Shown here: in pieces, positions 41,977-51,654 of the stretch
How positions within the stretch are numbered: the stretch's first letter is position 1
How the letters are laid out: every line of letters starts with the position of its first letter
Assembly (NCBI GenBank): GCA_030689595.1
Contig: JAUYHP010000018.1
Location: forward strand, 1-62,857
Direction: 5' to 3'
Origin: a bacterium
GTDB lineage: Bacteria; Patescibacteriota; Minisyncoccia; UBA6257; WO2-44-18
DNA: 62,857 nucleotides
The notes under the pieces: generated by a model
Seen by the model: only the letters and a program-made list of their open reading frames with translations
Database searches by the model: none
Told to the model about the DNA's origin: nothing
Made by a program: the position numbers and the translations under genes

Positions 41977-42396
41977 TTAATTACTTATTAACTTTTTTAT
42001 ATCCCGTCCACTAATCGGCTTGGCTTTGGCACCAACTACTTTCAAGCCATTGTAATTCTTGGGATTGTGAGAAGCGGTAATCATAATGCCTCCGGTGGAT
42101 TTTAAATGATCTACCAAAAAATAGAGCATGGGAGTTGTAACCTGACCTATGGCCACGGCTTTCGGTTTACCCGCTCCGCTCTCGCTTGAGCGAGGCGAGT
42201 GGGTTTTAGATTTTAGATTGGTTAAAATAGCCTTATATAAACTTGGCGAGCTTAGACGGGCGTCGTAGCCAACCACAATTTCCCCCTTTTTGAAATGTCG
42301 AACCAAGGCCTGCGCTATTTTACCGACTACCTGTTCATTTATTTCTCTTGGGTAAGCGCCGCGAACATCATAGGCCTTAAATATAGTAGGCTTCAT
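41977..42396 (-). CDS. phosphomannomutase/phosphoglucomutase, domain I fragment
   Basis: Contains the active-site serine loop TASHNPKNYNGLK. Confidence 0.75.
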   Translation of the reverse strand: MKPTIFKAYDVRGAYPREINEQVVGKIAQALVRHFKKGEIVVGYDARLSSPSLYKAILTNLKSKTHSPRSSESGAGKPKAVAIGQVTTPMLYFLVDHLKSTGGIMITASHNPKNYNGLKVVGAKAKPISGRDIKKLISN

Positions 42397-42956
42397 AATA
42401 TGTGTGACAAAAAATTATCCCAGCTATTTACTCGGATATGATCAAAGGTAAGCCCACCAAAATTATCAAACCTATCCATTAAAAACCTATTAGGGACGTC
42501 ATTTAGCTTTTCTAAAACACTAGGCTGGTCATCCAAGTAGGCGCCTATATTCAGCTCTTTGGCTTTGATATTTTTATCCTCCGCATGTTCGACGAAAAAA
42601 GAGTTAGCTTCATTAAAATAGTCTGGCCACAATCTATTTTTAATAAGTGCCGCCCTGGCTATGGCTGGATTGCGTCGACGTGAAATCAAAAAACATTCTA
42701 GGCCCAAAGATCTTATCTTAGCCAAACCTTGCTGAGCGCCTTTGACTAGCGGAGAAACTAAATTCAGCGCTGTGTCGCCATAAATACGCTCTCGCAGGAC
42801 ATCAATCACCTCTTTAGGTAAAACACCCTCTATAACGTCTGATTGAGCTTCATTCGGCGATATATTGAAACCCAGATCTCTGGCCACTCTAATCTTTGAC
42901 ACAGTATTGTCTAATATAACTCCGTCCATATCTAGGCCTAATACCAATCTACTCAT
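42393..42956 (-). CDS. HAD-superfamily hydrolase (nucleotidase-like)
   Basis: N-terminal LDMDGVILDN motif I. 187 aa. Confidence 0.5.
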   Translation of the reverse strand: MSRLVLGLDMDGVILDNTVSKIRVARDLGFNISPNEAQSDVIEGVLPKEVIDVLRERIYGDTALNLVSPLVKGAQQGLAKIRSLGLECFLISRRRNPAIARAALIKNRLWPDYFNEANSFFVEHAEDKNIKAKELNIGAYLDDQPSVLEKLNDVPNRFLMDRFDNFGGLTFDHIRVNSWDNFLSHIL

Positions 42957-43054
42957 AATATTAATATAACTCTCAAACGCTAATTTGATAAGCAGATCGT
43001 TTGAATTCTGGTCTATTCGGAGTACAATTTAAGTGACAGCAGATAAATAATAGT

Positions 43055-45160
43055 ATGGCACGCAAAAAATCACGATCTTCATCCAAGAAAAAAGGCCAAG
43101 AATGGGTTAAGCCAGAGACTAAAAAGAGCGTCCTGGCAGTTTTGTTATTCGCCTTAGCATCGGTGTTGATATTGGCCCGCTTTGAACAGGCTGGGCCTGC
43201 TGGTAATTTTATCTACAATGTTCTGGGGCGATTATTAGGTTGGGGCTATTATTTAATCCCGTTTGTCTTTGTGTTGGTGGCGGTTCTGTTTCTAGCCTCG
43301 CATCAGAAGAAACTGATGGTCATGACTTTATTGGGATCTATTCTATTTGTAACTTCGGGCTTAGGCTTGATAGATATAGTTTTTCCAGAAAAAGGAGGCT
43401 TATTAGGCAATATGGCTGGTGCGTTAGAAATGCCATTTGGCTACACGGCATCCATAATATTAGCTCTTAGCTTTGCGCTAGCGTCGCTGCTACTAACCCT
43501 CAATTCTTCTATTCGCCTAAGGCGTCGGCCTGTCGTTGCTGCCAACTCCGGAGGAGACATCTCAACAACTGAAGACGACGTAAGGATTGTTGAGCCGACG
43601 CCGCCGGCTAGGCAGCTACCAGTTGATGTCCCAGAAGAGGAAGGCGGCGAAGATGATGATGAGCCAATAAACGAATCAGCTATGTTAGCTCCGGTCAAAA
43701 AATTATTCAAAACCAAAACAGCCAAATACCAACCAAAGAATTACATTGCACCGCCGCTGTCGTTATTAAAGTCATCCGTAGAAAAGCCTGCCCCTGGAGA
43801 TTTGCGAGCTAATGCCAACATCATAAAGAGAACGCTGGAAAGCTTCGGTATACCCGTAGAGATGAGCGAAATAAACGTCGGCCCCAAAGTAACACGCTAC
43901 ACTCTCAAGCCAGCTGAAGGAGTCAAGATTGCACGCATCACGGCATTGAATTCTGATTTAGCCCTAGCTCTAGCGGCACACCCAATTAGAATCGAGGCTC
44001 CTATCCCGGGCAAGTCACTAGTCGGTATTGAAGTGCCAAATAAATCAGCGGCCATCGTTAGATTAGGTAGCTTGTTGGCTTACCCAGAGTTTACTAACTC
44101 TGGAGCATTAGCCTCTATCCTAGGGCGCGACGTAACTGGCGATCCGATAGTAGCTAACATTGAAAAAATGCCACATATATTAGTAGCTGGCGCCACGGGC
44201 TCTGGTAAGTCAGTGGCCATACATGCTCTAATAATTTCTTTGCTTTACAAAAACTCTCCCGAAACTCTGCGCATGATTATGATTGACCCCAAGCGCGTTG
44301 AGTTATCTATTTATGATAAAATTCCCCATCTTATTACACCGGTCATTACTGATGGTAAAAAAGCCATCGGTGCTTTACGCTGGGCCATTAAAGAGATGGA
44401 GCGTCGCTACGAGACACTCTTAGAGGCCGAGGCCAGAGATATCCAGGGCTACAACAAATCCAACACACCGCCATTGCCATATTTACTATTAGTCATAGAT
44501 GAGTTAGCTGATCTGATGGCAGCTTACGGCAAAGAAATTGAAGGCTCGATAGTTCGCCTAGCTCAAATGGCTAGGGCCACCGGCATCCACCTGGTGGTTT
44601 CTACTCAAAGGCCATCGGTAGAAGTAATCACCGGCCTCATTAAGGCAAATATTACCGCTCGCATAGCCCTACAGGTCGCCAGCCAAGTAGATTCACGCAC
44701 TATTTTGGATACCGCCGGAGCAGAGAAACTCTTGGGCGGCGGCGATATGTTGTTTATCTCTTCCGACTTTTCTAAACCAAAAAGAATACAGGGAGCTTAT
44801 GTATCAGAGGAGGAGATTCAGAAGGTGGCCAAGTTCATAAAAGAAAACAATGATCAACTTCCTGAAGTCGATGATGAAGTGGATTTTGATCAACGGCCCA
44901 ATTTCGAAACACTCTCCAGCGATGACAGCGATGACGAACTATTTGATGACTCAGTGCGCGTTATTAAAGACGCTGGCAAAGCCTCGGCTTCGTTGTTGCA
45001 ACGAAGACTAAAGATAGGCTATGCACGTGCTGCTCGACTTTTGGATATCATGGAAGCTAAGGGCATAGTCGGCCCAGCCGATGGTGCTAAACCTAGAGAA
45101 GTCTATGGCACCGATACATCAGACGACCAATTCGATGATGGGTTCGGCAATGAAGTCTAA
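43055..45160 (+). CDS. ftsK: DNA translocase FtsK/SpoIIIE
   Basis: N-terminal TM helices, Walker A GATGSGKS, Walker B VIDELADL, and a C-terminal gamma winged helix (LLQRRLKIGYARAARLLD). Confidence 0.9.
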   Translation: MARKKSRSSSKKKGQEWVKPETKKSVLAVLLFALASVLILARFEQAGPAGNFIYNVLGRLLGWGYYLIPFVFVLVAVLFLASHQKKLMVMTLLGSILFVTSGLGLIDIVFPEKGGLLGNMAGALEMPFGYTASIILALSFALASLLLTLNSSIRLRRRPVVAANSGGDISTTEDDVRIVEPTPPARQLPVDVPEEEGGEDDDEPINESAMLAPVKKLFKTKTAKYQPKNYIAPPLSLLKSSVEKPAPGDLRANANIIKRTLESFGIPVEMSEINVGPKVTRYTLKPAEGVKIARITALNSDLALALAAHPIRIEAPIPGKSLVGIEVPNKSAAIVRLGSLLAYPEFTNSGALASILGRDVTGDPIVANIEKMPHILVAGATGSGKSVAIHALIISLLYKNSPETLRMIMIDPKRVELSIYDKIPHLITPVITDGKKAIGALRWAIKEMERRYETLLEAEARDIQGYNKSNTPPLPYLLLVIDELADLMAAYGKEIEGSIVRLAQMARATGIHLVVSTQRPSVEVITGLIKANITARIALQVASQVDSRTILDTAGAEKLLGGGDMLFISSDFSKPKRIQGAYVSEEEIQKVAKFIKENNDQLPEVDDEVDFDQRPNFETLSSDDSDDELFDDSVRVIKDAGKASASLLQRRLKIGYARAARLLDIMEAKGIVGPADGAKPREVYGTDTSDDQFDDGFGNEV

Positions 45161-45195
45161 TTGACGCAGACCTAAAAAGAGATTATAAAAAGAGC

Positions 45196-45828
45196 ATGGA
45201 CCGCAAACCTTTAAGCGACATTTTAAAAGAACAGCTAGCCGCCAATGGGCTAGATGCCCATAGATTATCTCAACTGACTGGCATACAAGACAGATATCTT
45301 ACCGGATTAATCGAAGGCGAGACTCAGGCATTGCCTGCCGCTCCTTATGTGCGTGGCTATCTTATTAAAATCGCTAGCCACCTGGAATTGGATGGACTAG
45401 AATTATGGAACATGTTTAAGGAGGAGCAATTAATCAAATCATCAGGAGGCACTGATGCCCTGCCCTCTAACCGTTTCGCTATTAAAAAAACTAACAAAAA
45501 AGTTTTAGTAGGCATAGTTTTAACAGTTGTTGTGGGGGCGTATTTATTATGGAATGTTGGCCACTTAATAGGACGGCCGGAATTGGCCATATTATATCCA
45601 GAGGCCCAAACTTTAATTTCAGACCAAGAAACAGTTACTATAGTTGGGCAAATCGATCCGGCCGATAAATTAATGATTAATTTTGAGGAAGTGCCGGTAA
45701 ACAATAGCGGAGCATTTGAAAAAGAGGTAGAATTAGCCTTAGGCTTAAATAGAATAGAATTCATTGTTAAAAGATTTCTGGGCCGCGAAACTCAAGCTAT
45801 TAGACAGATTATTTATCAACCAAATTAA
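45196..45828 (+). CDS. HTH-domain membrane protein (RodZ-like architecture)
   Basis: N-terminal HTH-like segment, a single TM (VLVGIVLTVVVGAYLLW), and a beta-rich C-terminal domain. Confidence 0.45.
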   Translation: MDRKPLSDILKEQLAANGLDAHRLSQLTGIQDRYLTGLIEGETQALPAAPYVRGYLIKIASHLELDGLELWNMFKEEQLIKSSGGTDALPSNRFAIKKTNKKVLVGIVLTVVVGAYLLWNVGHLIGRPELAILYPEAQTLISDQETVTIVGQIDPADKLMINFEEVPVNNSGAFEKEVELALGLNRIEFIVKRFLGRETQAIRQIIYQPN

Positions 45829-45831
45829 TAT

Positions 45832-46836
45832 ATGACCAAAATAACTAAAGCCAAGAAAGAGGACCGAGAAAAAGATTTAGATAACCTATTATCAACATTG
45901 CAAGATAAATTTGGCGAAGGCGCCATCATGAAGTTAGGCGACTCACGCAAAGTTAACGTAGATGTCGTCCCGACTGGATCATTTTCATTAGATATAGCCC
46001 TAGGCGTGGGCGGGCTACCCAGGGGTAGGGTGATAGAAATTTATGGCCCAGAAAGTTCTGGCAAGACCACTTTAGCATTGAATGTGATTGCTCAATCCCA
46101 GAAAAAGGGCGGCCGAGCAGCTTTCATAGACGCGGAGCATGCCATGGACCCAGAATATGCCCAAAAAATAGGAGTAAAAGTCAAAGAGTTATTGATTTCA
46201 CAGCCAGATACTGGCGAAGAGGCGTTGAACATTCTAGAAAGCTTGGTGCGATCTGGCATAATCGATGTGGTTGTGGTGGATTCCGTAGCGGCGCTTACTC
46301 CCAAAGCTGAAATTGAAGGCGAAATGGGTGCGCAATTTATCGGACTGCAAGCGCGCATGATGTCACAAGCCCTAAGGAAATTGACAGCCATAACTGCTAA
46401 GTCCAATACTATGATAATTTTCATCAATCAATTACGAGAAAAAATCGGCGTCATGTTTGGTAGTCCCGAAACCACTCCCGGTGGTCGCGCTCTTAAGTTT
46501 TATTCTTCAGTGCGCATCGATGTTCGTCGCCAAGCCAAGATTCAAAGAGGCGAAGATATTGTCGGCAATCGAGTCAAGGCTAAAGTAGCGAAAAATAAAG
46601 TAGCGGCCCCATTTAAAATAGCTGAGTTCGATATCATGTACGGAGAGGGCATCCCATATGAAAACGATGTAGTTAACACTGCTATAAAATATGGCGTTAT
46701 AACTAAAGCTGGCGCCAGTTATAGTTTCGGGGGAGAAAAATTAGCTGTCGGCATAGATAATGTAAAAACCAAGCTCAAAGACGACAAGAAGACGCTAGAT
46801 GCTATTGAGAAAAAAATCCTAGAAATAATAAAGTAA
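45832..46836 (+). CDS. recA: recombinase RecA
   Basis: GPESSGKTT Walker A and the conserved L1/L2 loop regions. Confidence 0.97.
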   Translation: MTKITKAKKEDREKDLDNLLSTLQDKFGEGAIMKLGDSRKVNVDVVPTGSFSLDIALGVGGLPRGRVIEIYGPESSGKTTLALNVIAQSQKKGGRAAFIDAEHAMDPEYAQKIGVKVKELLISQPDTGEEALNILESLVRSGIIDVVVVDSVAALTPKAEIEGEMGAQFIGLQARMMSQALRKLTAITAKSNTMIIFINQLREKIGVMFGSPETTPGGRALKFYSSVRIDVRRQAKIQRGEDIVGNRVKAKVAKNKVAAPFKIAEFDIMYGEGIPYENDVVNTAIKYGVITKAGASYSFGGEKLAVGIDNVKTKLKDDKKTLDAIEKKILEIIK

Positions 46837-46840
46837 AAAA

Positions 46841-46867
46841 CACTCCCGCAAAGCGGGAGTGTTTTTT
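46841..46867. terminator. bidirectional intrinsic terminator
   Basis: cactcccgc-aaa-gcgggagtg is flanked by an A-run and a T-run. It lies between the convergent recA and EEP genes. Confidence 0.75.
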
Positions 46868-46877
46868 ATTAATGAAA

Positions 46878-47615
46878 TTATTCTATTTCTAGAAAAATAG
46901 GTAAGTGATCTGAGACATCACTAGGTAAAACTTGAAAATTCTTTATATGTATATCTGGCGACACCAAGAAAAAGTCCAATTCACGCTTGGGCGCCCAAGA
47001 AGGAAAAGTCGGCTGATTATAATGATTAACTGACCTCAGCTTATTGGTAGTAGCCAGGACAGAAAGCTCGGGCAAACCACCGAAAGTATTAAAATCACCA
47101 GTCAAAATTATTCTTTTTTTATTGGTCTTGAGCAAATTAGATAGTTCGCGAATCTGCCTTTTGCGCACGCTACTCATCAGCGCTAGATGAACTAAAAAAA
47201 GATCTATATCTGGGGCAATAGAGGCCTGCATTACCAAGCGATTAACGCCTTCATTAAGATAGTGGTATTGATGGGCGGCGCTTTCTTCCTTCAGCAAAAT
47301 CGCGTTACAAAAATTTTTAAATACTGGCAATTTTTTTAATATGCTATGTGGACCACTTTTGGCTCTATAAAATACTGTTTTGAAGTCACACTCTTTGGCC
47401 AATGTAGTGATCTGATTAACAAAATTAACTCGATATGATCCGCTTTCGATCTCAGTGAAAGCCGCTACATCAGGATCTAGCTCTTTAACCAATTCAACCA
47501 ATCGTCTGAATGGTTTGGTGCCGGCATAAAGATAGCGCCAACTTTCAACAAAATATTGCCACCAACCCTTGTTGAAGCCGTTACCATAGACTGTATTAAA
47601 AGATAGAATCTTCAT
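46878..47615 (-). CDS. endonuclease/exonuclease/phosphatase (EEP) family protein
   Basis: 245 aa with the C-terminal catalytic SDHLPI motif. Confidence 0.7.
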   Translation of the reverse strand: MKILSFNTVYGNGFNKGWWQYFVESWRYLYAGTKPFRRLVELVKELDPDVAAFTEIESGSYRVNFVNQITTLAKECDFKTVFYRAKSGPHSILKKLPVFKNFCNAILLKEESAAHQYHYLNEGVNRLVMQASIAPDIDLFLVHLALMSSVRKRQIRELSNLLKTNKKRIILTGDFNTFGGLPELSVLATTNKLRSVNHYNQPTFPSWAPKRELDFFLVSPDIHIKNFQVLPSDVSDHLPIFLEIE

Positions 47616-47619
47616 CCCG

Positions 47620-48153
47620 TTAAAATTTATTTATTTTAATGCCCAACCAATACCCGATCAAGTTAATTATTGGATGCAACATTCCGAATATTATTATAGC
47701 TGATAACCAGATGGTCCAGGGCCACCAATGTGCAAAAGCCGTAAAGACTAAAGCTCCTTTTATCCAATCCAGCTGGTCGGCAACCAGCCAACTCTTACCT
47801 GGAGCAATGCTTAGCTGTCTTTTGAAAAAGCTTTTAATCAAATCGCCCACTAATGCGCCGCCGCCCAACAATAGCCCCCATAAAAAAATGTTTATTTGAC
47901 TGTAATCCAAAAAAGACGCGACAACCGGAAATGGCTGCCAATTTTTTTGTACAGCAACAACCACCATGGCCGATAAAATACCAAACACCAAGCCACGCCA
48001 GGTTTTATGATCACCGAAAATTCTCTTGCCAAATAGCTGTCTATTAAAATCAATTGGATAATTTAAGAGCGGAACACGCCCGACTAATACCGGCGCCATA
48101 TTGGCTACGCCGGCCGGCAAGAAAATCCAAACAGCGGCCAACAAAACCTCCAT
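47620..48153 (-). CDS. CDP-archaeol synthase-like protein (CarS / DUF46 family)
   Basis: 177 aa and membrane-bound. FLPAGVANMAPVL...PIDFNRQLFGKRIFGDHKTWRG matches my memory of the CarS signature. Confidence 0.6.
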   Translation of the reverse strand: MEVLLAAVWIFLPAGVANMAPVLVGRVPLLNYPIDFNRQLFGKRIFGDHKTWRGLVFGILSAMVVVAVQKNWQPFPVVASFLDYSQINIFLWGLLLGGGALVGDLIKSFFKRQLSIAPGKSWLVADQLDWIKGALVFTAFAHWWPWTIWLSAIIIFGMLHPIINLIGYWLGIKINKF

Positions 48154-48779
48154 TAGCTTTTCTTATCCATGGTCCGCCAGCGTAATTGTATAAATATGAA
48201 ATAGTAGGCAGCCAAAACGGTAGCTATCACATTAGCTATGCCTAAGCCCGCTAACAACAAATCCACCCTGAAGAATACAGCCAGGAAAAATGGCACGACT
48301 ACAAACGCCTTTAGGTAGCTTAGGCGCGGATATGGACGGATAATCCAATCAGAATCTGAAAACTCCTCTTTCTTTATAGTAGCCAATAAATAAACAATTG
48401 GCATAATAAAAATATTATAGACGATCGTTATCGGCTCAGCTCCTAATTGAAAAAGGCTAAGTACTATAAAGCTGTATATTAAGTGATCTACAAAAATATC
48501 TAAAAACTTACCTCTATCAGATGATTTGTTCTGAAACCTGGCCAGAGAGCCGTCAAAAGTATCTGATATTAAAACCAATAAAATAAATATGGCCGCCGGC
48601 AATTGGGCATAAGCAAACCATGCTAGAAAAATCAGGCCGGCTATCAATCTTAAATTAGTTATAATGTCGGCAGTTAAATGCGCCCTGTCCATCAAGCGCA
48701 ATATAGGTCCATATACCACTCCACGCCATTTTTGTAATCGGACGTTAAGATTATTAAGCCAGTCAGTTGAATTCTTCAT
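48153..48779 (-). CDS. CDP-alcohol phosphatidyltransferase
   Basis: Contains the DTFDGSLAR...GKFLDIFVDHL motif (D-x2-DG-x2-AR...G-x3-D-x3-D). Confidence 0.75.
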   Translation of the reverse strand: MKNSTDWLNNLNVRLQKWRGVVYGPILRLMDRAHLTADIITNLRLIAGLIFLAWFAYAQLPAAIFILLVLISDTFDGSLARFQNKSSDRGKFLDIFVDHLIYSFIVLSLFQLGAEPITIVYNIFIMPIVYLLATIKKEEFSDSDWIIRPYPRLSYLKAFVVVPFFLAVFFRVDLLLAGLGIANVIATVLAAYYFIFIQLRWRTMDKKS

Positions 48780-48799
48780 CTATTAATTATACAACAAGA

Positions 48800-49759
48800 T
48801 TAGATAAGTAGCTGAACCATGCGAGCCACTTTGTCTGAGTCGTGTCTTATCAAACCATATTTTCTGATTAGATTAGATGTTATAGCTGTATATGCCCCCT
48901 GAAGTTTTTCTGGGTTGATATCCACGAATTCTGAACGCTCTTGAACATAAGGCTTAAATCTCATGGTCGATGGCCGAGTCTTATTAACGACAACATAATC
49001 TATAACTTTCTTACCCAAATATTGCTCCAATTCATTCACAAAGTCATGCGCTTGAAAGCCATTAGTTTCTCCGAACTTGGTCATAGTATTCACAAAATAT
49101 ATAACCTTGCCTTTGGTTTTGGCTAAAGCTTCTTTAACCCCACGCACCAACAAATTGGGTATTAAGCTAGTGTAGAGATCTCCCGGGCCAATAACTATGC
49201 CATCAGCTGACATGATAGCCTTTTTGGCTTTGGGGTTGATTGGTGCGGCTGGCGAAAGTCTTATTTTGCTGATTTTTATATTACCGTCATGTTGCGGAAT
49301 GTCGATATTGTTCTCGCCTTTTATGACTTGGCCATCAGCTAATTCTGCTATCAATCTAGTCTTCTCCAATGTCACTGGTATTACCTGACCCTGCACCGCC
49401 AAAATTCTGCTAACTTCATCCACGGCCTTATCAAAGCTACCAGTAATGCGCTGTAAAGCAGTTATCATCAAATTGCCGAAGCTATGCCCCGATAGGCCGG
49501 CGCCCTCCTGAAAGCGATAACCAAAAAGATCTGAAAGTATTTTATTATCAGAAGAAGATAGCGCGATCAAAGCACGCCTGATATCGCCAGGTGGCAATAT
49601 GCCGAATTCCTCCCGCAACACACCCGTAGAGCCGCCGTCATCAGCCATGGTCACTACAGCAGTTAGATTATTAAAATAGTGCTTAAGACCCGAAAGCACC
49701 GTGAAAACGCCCGTACCACCGCCTATAACAACGATTTTTTTGTCAGACTTCGATTTCAT
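48800..49759 (-). CDS. YvcK/CofD-family (UPF0052) protein
   Basis: N-terminal VVIGGGTG motif, 319 aa, with family-typical length and sequence. Confidence 0.8.
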   Translation of the reverse strand: MKSKSDKKIVVIGGGTGVFTVLSGLKHYFNNLTAVVTMADDGGSTGVLREEFGILPPGDIRRALIALSSSDNKILSDLFGYRFQEGAGLSGHSFGNLMITALQRITGSFDKAVDEVSRILAVQGQVIPVTLEKTRLIAELADGQVIKGENNIDIPQHDGNIKISKIRLSPAAPINPKAKKAIMSADGIVIGPGDLYTSLIPNLLVRGVKEALAKTKGKVIYFVNTMTKFGETNGFQAHDFVNELEQYLGKKVIDYVVVNKTRPSTMRFKPYVQERSEFVDINPEKLQGAYTAITSNLIRKYGLIRHDSDKVARMVQLLI

Positions 49760-49771
49760 TCGTATATTATA

Positions 49772-50272
49772 CTATTTTAGACGATATTTTTCAATTAAAC
49801 TTGCAACTATTTTCTGATTATCAATTCCTGCGATGTCTATGCGACAATCAGCGGCTTTTTCATACAATGGCGACCTCTTTTTATACAATGGCCTTAGTCC
49901 TTCGCGCCAACCTATAATGCCGCGAAGTTGGCCCCTATCTTTAAGACGCTTCTCGATTTCGTCTAGTGGCAAGAATAAATAAAATATTTTTGTTTGTTCT
50001 TTGATGGCCTCAATAGCCGCCGAAGAATAAATAATGCTACCTCCAGGAGCAAAAATGGTATTATGCAAATCCAACTCCAGAGCGCATTTTTCTTCTAACG
50101 CCACAAAGGCGTCTTCGCCATCTTCCTTAATTATATTAACCGGAGAACGACCATCTCGGTCGCTAATATAATTATCTAAATCAATAAAATTAAGCGCAAG
50201 CTTTTCAGCTACCAGTCGGCCAATGGTGGATTTGCCTACGGCCGGCATACCAATCAAAGTTAAGCCACGCAT
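49772..50272 (-). CDS. shikimate kinase-like P-loop kinase
   Basis: LIGMPAVGKSTIGR Walker A. 166 aa. Confidence 0.6.
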   Translation of the reverse strand: MRGLTLIGMPAVGKSTIGRLVAEKLALNFIDLDNYISDRDGRSPVNIIKEDGEDAFVALEEKCALELDLHNTIFAPGGSIIYSSAAIEAIKEQTKIFYLFLPLDEIEKRLKDRGQLRGIIGWREGLRPLYKKRSPLYEKAADCRIDIAGIDNQKIVASLIEKYRLK

Positions 50273-50279
50273 CGAATTA

Positions 50280-50462
50280 TTATGATCCGGCGTTTTCGTA
50301 GTCTTTAATAACTTCTTTAAGATATTCTAGGAAATCTGGGTCATCATTGGCCTCTACTAGATCACGCAAATCTTGGACGCTACCCACTTCCACGCCTTCT
50401 AGTATCACCCTTTGTTTTTCGTTCGGCTCTCCTTCAGCCGAGGGCATTTGTTCCATGTTCAT
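50280..50462 (-). CDS. small acidic hypothetical protein
   Basis: 60-aa ORF only. No homology was recognised. Confidence 0.3.
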   Translation of the reverse strand: MNMEQMPSAEGEPNEKQRVILEGVEVGSVQDLRDLVEANDDPDFLEYLKEVIKDYENAGS

Positions 50463-50526
50463 AAGTTAATCATATATCAGACTGCTCTAAATTAAAATCC
50501 CCCGCCAAAGCAGGGGAAAAGAATAA

Positions 50527-51012
50527 TTATTCATCATCGGCAGGGCTGTCTTTTGGCGTTACAAACACCCAGACAGCAGCAGTATAGCTACCAGTGCCAA
50601 CACGATGATTGATCGCTACAACATTAACAATATCCCAATATGTGTTTAGCTCTCGGATGCCGGCCTCTAAGAAGGGGTCTGTGCGTGAGCTGACTCGATC
50701 AGATTCAAAATCTAAAGCCCTCACCGCGAAAAGATGTCCGGGTACCAATGCTTCGATCACATAACCGGGGCCACCCTGGTACGAGGTACTATGTTCGTAT
50801 ACGTCTGGAGAGGGTGAGTCATCTGAATCAACGGTAGAACCATAGTCGGTTGCTGTCATGATTGGAGAATAATCAGTCGACGCGTAAGCTTCGTGGCTTG
50901 CTCCAGTTGTGCTAAACAAATCATTGTCTAGTGTAGTGCCAACATAAACTCCGACAATAAACGATGCGATAAAAAGGGCAACGGCTACAATACTAACTAC
51001 TGCTCGAGTCAT
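50527..51012 (-). CDS. hypothetical N-anchored protein
   Basis: 161 aa with an N-terminal TM helix and a GGAGG SD upstream. Confidence 0.35.
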   Translation of the reverse strand: MTRAVVSIVAVALFIASFIVGVYVGTTLDNDLFSTTGASHEAYASTDYSPIMTATDYGSTVDSDDSPSPDVYEHSTSYQGGPGYVIEALVPGHLFAVRALDFESDRVSSRTDPFLEAGIRELNTYWDIVNVVAINHRVGTGSYTAAVWVFVTPKDSPADDE

Positions 51013-51067
51013 AGCACTTACCTCCTTATGATGGACTTTGCCGAAGTGCTAATGGCAGTATAGCAAT

Positions 51068-51556
51068 TTAGTAAGCTAATACAAGTATGTCGGCCTGACG
51101 ACGGCCAAAGCGCTTGGCATCAGCCCTTTCGGCAAACCAGATATCAACTCGATCACTAAAGCGCCTATGCATTCGGTCTTCCACTACAAAAATCTTATCG
51201 CCAAAAAGTTCGGGTACCATTATCTTAGTGCCGAATGGCAAAAAGTTGGCCGCCACAATTCCATCGCGCACTCTCTTATTTGAGGCGGTAATAAACGGCG
51301 TGTCATCTGTTTGATCTGGCGTAGAAGAATAGGCAGTCAAAGTGACGGTCAAACGCTTAGCTATTAAGGCTGGATGATCGTATAGAGTTGTGTCCCAAAC
51401 CGCCGACTCAAAAGCCGCAGCCACACTCTTGGTCAAATCTGGAGACACGGCTAAACCGGCCTGAAAACTAAGAACATTAAGCACCAAAGCGGCCGAAAGC
51501 AACCTATTGCCAACCGGTTGAATATATTTATGGGTTTTTTTTATTAGATTTTTCAT
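51068..51556 (-). CDS. 3D (Asp-Asp-Asp) domain protein, MltA/Rpf-like
   Basis: Signal peptide followed by TLTAYSSTPDQTDDTPFITASN...VVEDRMHRRFSDRVDIWF. Confidence 0.7.
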   Translation of the reverse strand: MKNLIKKTHKYIQPVGNRLLSAALVLNVLSFQAGLAVSPDLTKSVAAAFESAVWDTTLYDHPALIAKRLTVTLTAYSSTPDQTDDTPFITASNKRVRDGIVAANFLPFGTKIMVPELFGDKIFVVEDRMHRRFSDRVDIWFAERADAKRFGRRQADILVLAY

Positions 51557-51654
51557 ATTAGGAGTAAAAAATACCCCCTACAGGGAGCATTTCTAACTGC
51601 CAAGCATTCTAGCACGTCCCCACATTGACGTCAAGGGGGCTTAATTTCGTAATA

